Shown: positions 51,951-62,568 of the stretch, one piece after another
How positions within the stretch are numbered: position 1 is the stretch's first letter
Layout: every line of letters starts with the position of its first letter
DNA from: Eledone cirrhosa
Taxonomy: Eukaryota
NCBI GenBank assembly: GCA_964016885.1
Contig: OZ024741.1
Span: 180,482,001 to 180,546,000, forward strand
Length of the DNA: 64,000 nucleotides
Direction of reading: 5' to 3'
Notes under the pieces: model-generated
Database searches by the model: none
Seen by the model: the letters and a program-made list of their open reading frames with translations, nothing else
Told to the model about the DNA's origin: nothing
Position numbers and translations under genes: made by a program

Positions 51951-52023
<73 letters not shown>

Positions 52024-52229
52024 GACACACATACATGCCGATGGGATTGGGGTGAGTGACAGCTCACGCCTGAATGGTGATGGCCAGTGGGCAGATTTCA
52101 CTGGTCAAGCACTTGATGGCGTCACGAACTATCAAGCAATCTAATTGCCGCGCAAACTGGATGAAGGCAGCTGATAAAGATTCGAAGGTCGGAGCCCAGG
52201 AGAAAGAGAATTTGCTTCGAAATCACTAG

Positions 52230-52322
52230 ACGTATCTGAGGAACTTGCGAATCCAGAAGCAGGTTCGATCCACAAACAGATCGCAGCTTGAGCTATTCGC
52301 CGGAGAAACAATTGTAATACGT
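52230..52322 (+). ncRNA. Type I hammerhead ribozyme, family E (62-nt stem II domain)
   Basis: Stem I ACGUAU/AUACGU, CUGAGGA at 52236-52242, stem II GCGAAU/AUUCGC with inner GAUC/GAUC hairpin, GAAA, stem III palindrome ACAAUUGU, cleavage after A52316, AATAAA immediately after stem I. Confidence 0.82.
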
Positions 52323-52443
52323 AATAAATTGTGTTCCGATGCATCACTGATTCTTCGTTTTCCATTTTATCATACTCTGCTCCGAAAGAGCTTAGAGTGC
52401 TCAACCGGCATACTGCCCATGGACGCATCCTAGCAACCATACG

Positions 52444-52489
<46 letters not shown>

Positions 52490-52503
52490 TATTATTATTA
52501 TTA

Positions 52504-52682
52504 TTGGCAGTATCGGTAGAGGGTCGGACGCCATGCTTTCCAGCATAGTTACGTCCCTTTACGATCTGAGTTCAAATCCCGCCGAGGTTGACTTTGCCTT
52601 TCATCCTTACGGGCTCGATAAAATAAAATACCAGTAATGCACTGGGTAATTGCTGGCCTTGTGCCTAAAGTAGAAACAATTA
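52504..52682 (+). mobile_element. tRNA-derived SINE copy
   Basis: Same family as 431-622. Confidence 0.92.
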
Positions 52683-52693
52683 TTATTATTATT

Positions 52694-53497
52694 GTTCTTT
52701 GAGTCTCAGTCATTGATGTTATTTAACTGGAAAGTTTGTTGAAATGAATATCAATCCACTACCTGCAGCCTCAGATATTCAGGACGTATCGGAGGGTTCT
52801 TGCTGTTCCCAGCAAGCATGCCTTTTGAAGTGTTCCAAAAAGCAGGACTGGACTAACTTTCTTTAACCATCCTTGGAAACTCTTTGAGATAGTACCTAGT
52901 GCGCCTATGACAATCGGGACAACTCCGACTTCATGGCAGTTCCAAATCCTTTTTACCTCCCACTTTAAGTCCTGGTATCGGTTAATTTTCTCCCTCTCCT
53001 TTTCTTGCACTCTCGTGTCAAATGGGCAGGCTACATCTACAATCAGGCACGATCTTTTTTCCTTGTCCAAAACCACCAGGTCAGGCCTATTGTGTTCCAG
53101 TTTCTTATCTGTCTGTATCCTAAAATCCCACAGCACCTTCACTTGATCGTTTTCTATCACCGACTCTGGCTTATGCTCATACCACTTCTCAGAATGTGGT
53201 AAATTGTTTACTTTGCATAGGTGCCTGTGGATCACCCTGCCCATCACATCATGTCTCCAGCCTTTATAGTGAGTCTGGGCTAGGTGTTTACACTCGGATA
53301 CAATGTGAGCCACAGTCTCCTCTCTCTCTCCACAGATCCTACACAGTGGGCTAGACTCTGCCTTGTAAATATAGTGTTTCACCCACTTCGTTTTGAGTGC
53401 TTGCTCTTGCGCAGCCATTAGCATTCCTTCTGTAGCCTTTTTAAGGTCTCCTCTTTTTAACCAGTTCCATGTCTGTTAATCTCTAAATTCAGTTTTC
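52694..53497 (-). mobile_element. R4/Dong-like LINE 3' end with an intact 217-aa frame (CCHC plus restriction-like endonuclease), in (TAA)n
   Basis: AAQEQAL..CRICGEREETVAHIVSEC..VLWDF..RPDLVV..IVDVACP..EKINRYQDL..PIVIGALG..LQKACLLGT, with (tta)n on both sides. Confidence 0.93.
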
Positions 53498-53567
<70 letters not shown>

Positions 53568-54109
53568 AGTAGAAGCTTAGTTAAATCGGAGCTTTGGCTG
53601 TGGGCAAGCAAAGTCGACCTACAATATGAATGAGTTAGCAAACCACTCAACAAGAGTAGGTCCTTAGAGTAATAACATACGTTTAAATAGCTTGACAAAT
53701 TGAACATTGTGGTAGGCAAAACCTAATACACAATACCAAAGCAACGAAAAAACTAACAGGTTAAAAAAGATACACCTGGACAAATCAAACGATATACGTT
53801 TAAAGTGTTTCTATGAATCCGAAATCAAATATCCGACTTACGTAACAGGCACGCTCGTGGTATTCCATGATCGAACAGAGGATTCATTTCATCAACAGAT
53901 ATATATAATTCAATTCATGAAAGTTGGTTGATCAAATAATCTACTGACTTTTTTGTAAACAGACGAAAAGCACTCTACGATTTGTATTCCTTAGTATTTT
54001 CTCTGTAAGGTATCAACCGGAGTTTTTGTATAATAAATAAGACGATTTTATTTGTATATCTTCATTTTGTTACATATGTAATACTAAAACTCCGGTTGAT
54101 ATATATGTA

Positions 54110-55226
54110 TATTAATATGATAAAGTTATATCTATATAAATACCGAGTTTGTAACCGTAACTGCACCAACGTGTATAAATATATACACATATCTAATCTG
54201 GAGGCATGTAAACATGCTAGAAAATACGAATTTCCCTGTAAATTGAAAAAAAAATATTAAACATCTTCAATTGATTTTCGGATCTTATTGGACCTTCAGC
54301 AAAAGACGTGTATATCAACCAATCAATGACAAGGAAACATGTATTTGATTGATGTACAAACCCATCCACTCTTAGTATTATCCTGAAACGGACATACTGA
54401 TTTGCATATAATTCGATTAAAGCTAATTAAAAAAAAAAAAACTCGATTAAAGATAATTTTTTTCGATTTACAGGAAAATTTATATTTTCAGGCATGTTTA
54501 CATGCACCCAAATTAGATATGTGTATATTTTTTATACACGTTGGTGCAATCTCACTTACACACTCTGTATTTATACAGATATAACTTTATATACACTTCG
54601 ATTGCTAGTGCACTTCTTACTATATATATTGATTAATTACCAACACGAGTGCTAATTAGTTGCAAATTAATATCTCCATTTCATAATAATACTAAGAGTG
54701 AATGGGTATTGTTGTAAGAAGCGAAGGGACCGACCTTTGCGTCTCCACTCTTGTTTGGATTGAATCTCCCTGCACGATGCTCACCTGTTTCACATCTGGC
54801 CAGAGAACATAACAAATCTCGCACATACATTCGCACCAATCATCACAAACCCTCCACACTCTACTGCGGTACATGGACCAAGAGAGAGACCCGCCCGCCC
54901 CGTACTTACGATGTGACGTCACTGGCCCCTTACTTCCGGCAAGACTGTCCTGTACTTCCGGCTCTCATGCCCTACAGGTATATATACCCATCAAATGATA
55001 TACACCTCTCCTGATGAAGGTCTAATAAGATGCGAAAATCGCTTAAAGATATTTATCATTTTTCCAATTTACAGGGAAATCGTATTTTCTGGCATGTTTA
55101 CATGCCTTCAAATTAGATATGTGCATATATTTATACATGTTGCTGCAGTCTCGGTTAAAAACACTTTGTATTTATACAGATGTAACATTATCATAGACTT
55201 CGGTTGCTAGCACACTTCTCACTATG
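54110..55226. mobile_element. Family-C HHR element cluster: inverted copy (54110-54420), 3' half-copy (54430-54625) and long copy (54635-55226) in tandem
   Basis: Shared TTTACAGGGAAAT..GCATGTTTACATGC..ATTAGATATGTG..TATTTATACAGAT segment. Mutated HHR cores at 55011-55050 (+) and ~54260-54308 (-). Confidence 0.8.
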
Positions 55227-55249
55227 TGTATATATATATATATACCCCC

Positions 55250-57170
55250 AACCCACGCCCCCCGGTTCCTTTCCCTGTTCTAGGCCCCGCTGCAACACCT
55301 GTCCCCACATCACCAACACCACCACCTTCCAGGGTCCCAACGGTCACTCTCTCTCTGTCCGGCATGCCTTCCGCTGCACCTCCTCCAACCTAGTCTACGG
55401 ACTTCGCTTACGTCAGACAGACGGGACGTCGCCTGGCGGACCGATTCACTGAGCACCTCCGGGATATTCGTCTCGGTGGTAGTTCCCCCATCGCCCGCCA
55501 CTTTGGTGCCCCTGGACATTCCGCACGCCATCTCACAGTCTGTGGCCTACTCCAATGCCACGGAACACCCGCCAATCTCCTCAGAGTTGAACAAAGAACC
55601 ATCTTCATCTTACAGACCCACACTTCCCCCGGCCTGAACTCCCCACCCTTATTCCTTTAGCCTTCGACCGCCCCCTCCCCCCACACATATCCCCCACTAA
55701 CACACCCCTCCTTTTCACCGCCCACCCCACAACTAACAATACTAACACCTCCACTCCACCCCTCATCCGACCACCCTTCCCCAACTAACATATTAACATC
55801 CCTCCCTTCTTCCCCCCTCCTTATCACACGCACACACCCACCGGCACATATATACACGCGCTCACACTAAACACACACCCTACTACCACCACTAACCCTC
55901 ACCCCCACACATCCATCCCACCACCCCGCAACTAACATCACTAACACCCCCTGACCCCAAGCACACGAACACACGCACCCACTTACACCACCCACCCCAC
56001 ACGCAACTAACATCACTAACACCCCCAACCCCATGCACACGTACCCATACACCACCAACTCTACACACCCTACCACCACTAACCCCCACTCACACCTGCA
56101 TTCAACCCTTTCTCCACCTCCCGTATACTAACACCCACTAACACCCCCTTCATCAAACTACACACACACCAGTACACCACACTCTCTCCATCGACCCCCA
56201 CACCCTTCTCTCCCCGCTCCACCCACACCCTTTCTCCACACTCACTCATCCCACTAACACCTCTACTAATACACACACACCCCCTCCTCACTCCAACTTT
56301 CACACCTACCCATCTTCGCCCCTTTACCATTCCACCTGACTGCTGCTATGCCCTCTGACCACCTCCCAGCACACACAGACACACAGCACTCCTACCGCCT
56401 TGACCACTTCCTGTTGCGCGCACCCCCACATCTCTCCTCTTCCAACCATCTCTCCATGGATTACTCGTATGTGGAACTTGACCGCGGAATCAACTACCAT
56501 CCTAGGAGTTTACCAACCTTTCAACCACATCTTACGGAATCACCTTTATAACTCACCCACACACACCCCCAAAAATTTTTTTTTCCCACACGCCACCTAC
56601 ACCCACAACACGCTTAAACCCCACACACACGTGCTTTCCACCACATATTTACACCTTTAGCCTCCGGATTCCTCTCCCCCAACCCTCTATCCAAACACGC
56701 ACACACACTCCGACCTACACCCCACCCCACACACACCTCTTCCTGAACATACAACCCCGTTCTTCCCCCAACCCTTGCTTTCACACACACACACACACAC
56801 GTACACCTACACACCACCTTCAGCCCTCCCCGCTCGGACACCCCGTCTCCCTCTCCCCACTCCACCCGCCACCACCCCTACACACCACACACCCTTCCAC
56901 CACCTGTTTTACCCCATTTTAATTTTATTTTATTTTGATCATGCTTTTATTTTTAATTTCATTCGCACCGTTTCCTCCCACCCCCTTTTCGCTATATGTC
57001 TCTCCACCACTCCCCTACACACCCTTTGAACTCTCTTCCCACACACTTTTCACCTGAAGAAGGGCTTATGCCCGAAACGTCGTTCCCCACCACCACCCCA
57101 CTCTCCAGAGCGTGAAATTAATAAACATTCGTTGTACTGCCTCTCTGTTTTGTTCCTGTTCAAATTTTCC
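55250..57170 (+). mobile_element. Penelope-like element 3' end (Neptune-like): GIY-YIG remnant, long C/A-rich UTR, HHR-like motif, poly(A) signal; in (TA)n
   Basis: PGSFPCSRPRCNTCPHI..FRCTSSNLVY..YVRQTGRRLADRFTEHLRDI..PIARHF..GHS..EQRTIFILQTHTSPGLN (55260-55640). Confidence 0.88.
57048..57117 (+). ncRNA. Hammerhead-like motif, family F, at the PLE 3' end
   Basis: UUUCAC CUGAAGA A GGGC UUAU GCCC GAAACGUC. The perfect stem I partner GUGAAA lies ~30 nt downstream, followed by AATAAA. Confidence 0.6.
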
Positions 57171-57210
<40 letters not shown>

Positions 57211-57222
57211 GGAACAAGTATG

Positions 57223-57318
57223 ACCCCGACGGCAGAGCTCAAGCCGTTTCGACGGCTAATTCTGGACTAAATAAGAATTTTTAGCCTGGTAAATAAATAG
57301 CCGAACTTCTCAGGGGGT
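57223..57318 (-). ncRNA. Type I hammerhead ribozyme, family D (full stem III, long stem II, core one base off consensus)
   Basis: Minus: ACCCC CUGAGAA [CGGCUA...UAGCCG] GAAA CGGC UUGAGCUCU GCCG UC GGGGU. Confidence 0.7.
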
Positions 57319-58149
57319 AATTCCTTATATGGGAAGATAGTAATTGTCAAAAGGATTGGTAAAAAATGTGTTGTAAAGACAGATGATTCTATAATGGCAT
57401 TGGGTGGGGGGTAGGGGTAGCTGTACTTGCCGGTAGAACAAAGGGGGAAACCCAGTCAAGGATAGTGTATAGAAGGTCGAAAAAAGTGTACTGGAGAAGG
57501 GGAAGGGGGGGGGGGGGGGGTTGAAAGAATAGGTAAATCGAAAGGGAGTAAACAAAAAAGCCATTATAAAAATGAGAAAATAAATATATAAAAAACAATT
57601 TCTGGTTACTACTCCATCCCCACAATCACCAAATTTCTCATTGGTATTGCTAAGCTATAGAAAGTTTAATAGGTGGAGAAAAATACTAAATACGAGATTG
57701 TAGTGAAAGAATGTTATAAAGCCGGCTTTACAGGGGGTCTAACACCACTGCTATAGTTAATAGTAATCAGCCAATGCTATCTTACAATGACAGGTTAATA
57801 AGTTGAGAACAAACATACTAAAATACTAATACGAAATATTAATTCAGAATACTAATAGACGTGTATTCAACGCCATATTAGAGATTAATAGTTTTATTAA
57901 GTTCGAATAAGTTTTCTGTGCATTTACAGGGTTATCAGACTTGTGACTGACTCGTCACGACTGTTTGACAACTATGTAGACATACAGGAGAAACTTCAAA
58001 AATATATAACCCATGACCGAGCCTAGATTTTCAGATATTTCGGGTCTTCTATGGCATTTTAATTGTTCACCTACTTTTCAGCCTTGTCAGTCTAATGAAT
58101 AAATAATTAATATGGTCCTTTGTGTGTGTGTGTGTGTGTATGTGGTTAT

Positions 58150-58575
58150 TATTTACGAAAGGCTCGAAATGGGATTCTTCCGAACGGGCTTTGGAGTAAC
58201 GTCACTCGATAGAGTGCGTAGCTCGGAGATCAGCGAGTCGCTCTATATAGAGCCGTTACTTCTCCGAATTGAGAGATCACAGTTCCGATATTGTGGACAT
58301 GTGGTTAGAATATCCCAGGAAAGAATCGCTGGAGAGATTTGACAGGCAAAACCAACCGGTAGGAGACCCAGGAGTAGATCTCGAGCAAGATGGCTGAATA
58401 ACAACCATGAAACTCTGTTGGTCTCGCTTGGGGATCCAGCCGAAACAATTGGAGACGGTGGCTTCTTACAGGACCTGCTGGGAAGTGTGTTTAATGACTC
58501 TGCTCCCACGACCATCCTAAGGAGGAGGAGAAGGAGAAGAAGAAGGAGAAGAAGAAGAAGAAGAAGAAGAAGAGT
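58150..58575 (+). mobile_element. RTE LINE 3' end with (AAG)n tail; an opposite-strand relative lies at 59365-59780
   Basis: GVTSLDRVRSSEISESLYIEPLLLRIERSQFRYCGHVVRI..GRRPRSRSR. Confidence 0.85.
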
Positions 58576-60009
58576 CATGAATGCTATATGATTTTAATGC
58601 AAAAGTCAAGCAAAAGTTCAGGTTTGTTACTTTGCTGTAATGAGAACAATACATCTAATCACTATATATATTTTTTTCAACAGATCTAATGTATTAACTC
58701 TTACCAGTGCTGACTTCTGCTAGAAACAAATCGTCTCAAATTCCAGTCGCTATATTTAAATACTTCGTAGTCTACCACTCAATTAGTCAGTGGTCCTTTC
58801 CTTCTTCTTCCCAGACACTTTTGTCTTAAGTATGTTGCATGTTGTTAACTTCCTGTTAGTTTTTTATTTACATTTACATACGCCGGACAAAATGATTCGT
58901 AGTATTTGTTTACATATTTTTGCCTTTCGAGTTCAAATCCCGCCGATAGTGCCAGATTTACCATTGTGCTTATGTGGGCCCATCTTCCTGCCAACATTTT
59001 TTTTTACTTTCTTCAGGGCCCAAGTAAGTGACCTCATAACTAGCACAGGGCTTCATTTGTCCTAAATCCCGCACTGCACGCTCAAGTCAACTATACATTT
59101 CATTCTCCCGATTTCAATAAAATAAAGTATCAGTGCAATACTGAAATTAATTTAATCAACATTTTTCTCCCTAAAATAGCTATCAATGAGTTTAAATTAG
59201 AAAGAGTTATATCGTGTTATTGTTTCGTTCTATTTCGCAACGAAATATTCACAAAATCGTGTTCTAAACCAGAGGCTTGAAAACTTTGGAGTAGAGCCAC
59301 TTTGTAGACAATGCAATTTCAACAGCTGTTAAGTTGATCAAAAATTATATATTAAAGATTAAATTCTTCTTCTTCTACTTATCCCCGAGAGGGTCACTGG
59401 AGGGTCACTGGAGGGGGGAGGGGGGACTCCTCAAACGCTCCTTTCAGCAGGTCCTGTTAGAAGCAACCGTCTCTAACTGATCCGGCTAGATCCCCAAGCG
59501 AGACCAGCCAAGCTCACGGATGTATTATCCGACCATCTTGAGTGTGTGCAGAGGAAGTCCTCAGAGACGCCTTCCAGAGGGTCCTACCAGATGCAACCCA
59601 AACGATCCAGGTGTATCCCCAAGTGAGACTAACCAAGCTAACTATCTTGCACGTTATTTGCTTCTGGGTCTCTTTCCTTAGATAACCACATGTACGTAAA
59701 ACTGGCACTGTGATCTTTCTATGCGGAGAAGTAGCAGCTCTATATAGAGCGATTCTCTGATCTCCGAGCTATGCACCCCATGTATGTATTTATGGACCGG
59801 TAACTCCTTTCTGATTTAGGTACAAAGCCAACAATTTTGAAAGAAGGGGAAAGTCAATTAAATCGAACCCAGTACTTGACTCCGGAAAGATAAAAGGAAA
59901 AGTTGACATTGACGGGATTTGAAATCAAAACGTTAAGAGCCAGAACGTTAAGAGCACCTCAAAGCATAATAATATAACAAAGTTATTTTCTAACAGACCA
60001 GCCCAATTA

Positions 60010-60355
60010 TATCTCTGAATCACTACCCTTTACGGACACCTGACACTGCACACCAGGTCTAAATACAGAAGAGCTGAACTCCCACCGCCATCGCCTCCAT
60101 CTCTCTCGCCATCTCCATCTCTCTCTATTATAAGCAAATGGGGTCCCAGCGGACAGAATGGAGAAGGCGTTTCCCCGGAGGATGGTAAAGAAGATGCGCT
60201 GGAGGAGCCATTCCATCTCGCGAGGCTCAACCTGCGGCTAGCGAGCTCAGCGCCTATGGTGGTAAGTAGGGAGGTAGCCCAGGGGCCAAGGATACCAGAA
60301 GTCTCCACTGCTAGGGGCTCGACTGCAAACCTGCGGAGAGAGACTGATACTTGGA
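60010..60355 (-). mobile_element. CRE-like non-LTR retrotransposon 3' end (restriction-like endonuclease C-terminus)
   Basis: FAVEPLAVETSGILGPWATSLLTTIGAEL..EMEWLLQRIFFTILRGNAFSIL, matching the ExxG..QRxSxxxQRGNA-type motif. Confidence 0.7.
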
Positions 60356-60372
60356 GAGTTAAGTAATAATAA

Positions 60373-60900
60373 TCTAAACTATAATAAATGAAGGTCTGCG
60401 GAACTGCGTACGGTTTATTTATTTTTTCTCCCGTTAGTAAAATAAGTTGGATTACTTTGAATAAATAATGAATGAATATTACATAATTTATCTACTAAAT
60501 TTCGTAAACAAAAATAATTTCGTAAAAATAAATAATTTAAAATTAACTTCTTTTCAAAGTTGCACTTCCGGTATATCGTTGCCATCACCACCACTTCAAC
60601 TACCATATATATAGAAAGAGAAAGTTTGTGATGTCAACGCTTCCGGTGGCGATCACTTAAATAAACATACTAATTTTCTCCTACTTCTGTTTATATATAA
60701 TATCGTCTTTTTTTAAAGATGGATACGTTACTGATTACATAAGACAGTGTAACACAGTCTTCGTTCAATTTCTGTGTATATTGTCAATTATGATTTTATT
60801 TGATGTATCATATCTACATGTATATATACTTGCGTATAATATCAATATACACATTACACGTGCTAGCAGAAAACCATCCAAAAGCTGATTTTTCTGCTAG
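60373..60900 (+). mobile_element. Non-autonomous Helitron (sister of 46116-46593)
   Basis: A|TCTAAACTATAATAAA ... TTTTCTGCTAG|T. Confidence 0.85.
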
Positions 60901-61387
60901 TTAATTATAATAATTATTTTTTAATGAACAAACGAGAGAGCCTCTCCGAAGATGCTCGGTAACCTGTTAGAAATACTATCTAAAGAATCGTACTGCTTTA
61001 TAAGTGAAAGGACACATCGGATATACACGCAGCACGAAATAAATAAATAAAACTAGGGCGGTTATGACAGGAAAGCATTTGGTCATATGCTTGCTGAGTC
61101 AGGACTAAAAGTTTGTGCTAAACAAGGATATTAACTTTTTCCTGTTAGGTTCACTGTTCTTTTATTGGTTTCAGCCATTAGACTATAATCACGATGGAGC
61201 AGCGCTTTGATTTAATTGATCACACCGACCTCAGTACATATTTTTTTCAAGTCTAGTACTTATTTTATCGATCACTTTGTGCCAAGCCATTAAGTTATGA
61301 AACATAAACGCCGACACGTGCGTAAACATAGACACATACACATATAATATAACGGATAAGATATTTTTCTCATGAACTCACATAATG

Positions 61388-61590
61388 GTTTCTCATTTAG
61401 ACACAAGGCCAGCAATTTAAAGGGGAGGGGAAAGCCGATTAAATTGACCGCAGTGTGTTACTGGTACTTTATTTTATTGACCCTGTAAGGGTGAAAGGCA
61501 AAGCTAACCTCGGCGGGATTTGAACCCAGAACGTAAAGAGCCGTAACTCTATGCTGCGAAGCATGGTGTCCGACGCTCTACCGATTCTGC
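61388..61590 (-). mobile_element. tRNA-derived SINE copy
   Basis: Same family as 431-622. Confidence 0.9.
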
Positions 61591-62008
61591 GAAATGAACA
61601 TAAATAATGCGTGTTTATACACATCTATCTTTCTCTCACCTTTTTTTCTTCCTTTCCTCTGCCTCCCTGTCTTTTTTCTTTGTCTTCGTACGTAGGACTT
61701 TAGTCCAAATATATTTTTTCTGTGTTTTTCCTTTCGATTTTTCTCTGCCTTTGGTTAAGTTACAGCACGCCGCGTTTCTATCTCTTCCTTTTCAGTTGAA
61801 GCACATTGGTTGTAGCATTTATTTTGTCCTTATTTGCGTAATTCGCCGAAAGGCACTTGTCCTGTTTTTTTCCTGTTTTGTTGCGTCACAATGTGAGCTG
61901 GAATGAATAGTATCAATATTAATGTGTTAAAACTATAGTGATTTCTAGGGGTTGACTGATGAGAAGGGATTGTTCGTTTTTCCGTTGTCTTTGCGTGTGC
62001 GCCCCTCG

Positions 62009-62072
<64 letters not shown>

Positions 62073-62175
62073 GGTGTGGGATGCTTAGCGTCCGTATGCG
62101 GTATGCCGTTTGAACACTCGATGCTCTTCAGAGCAGAGTATAATATCACATAAGAAACTCTGCTTCGAAGAATTG

Positions 62176-62272
62176 AGACGTATATGAGGACCTTGCGATT
62201 CCAGAGTCAGGTTCGATCATTGCATCGATCGTGCCTCGAGTTGATCGCCGGAGAAACGATTGTAATATGTCT
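62176..62272 (+). ncRNA. Family-E hammerhead, core mutated (AUGAGGA)
   Basis: Stem I AGACGUAU/AUAUGUCU (8 bp), stem II GCGAUU/GAUCGC, GAAA CGAUUG UA. Homologous to 52230-52322. Confidence 0.7.
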
Positions 62273-62315
62273 AATACATTTTAATTCGTCGTACCACTGA
62301 TTCTCCGTTTCTTAT

Positions 62316-62359
<44 letters not shown>

Positions 62360-62361
<2 letters not shown>

Positions 62362-62495
62362 AACAAGTATGACCCCGACGGCAGAGCTTGAGTTCTGCCG
62401 TCGGGGTCATACTTGTTCCTATTACCCACTCTACTACCTTAAGTATTGAGTACTTTGGTGCGTTATGGTCCATCTGGTTCCTTACCACATTTCCT

Positions 62496-62497
<2 letters not shown>
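62360..62497 (+). mobile_element. Family-D PLE-like terminal fragment: 29-bp hairpin (62360-62419) plus tail, in (TA)n
   Basis: GGAACAAGTATGACCCCGACGGCAGAGCT-TG-AGTTCTGCCGTCGGGGTCATACTTGTTCC followed by TATTACCCACTCTACTAC. Confidence 0.78.
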
Positions 62498-62568
<71 letters not shown>

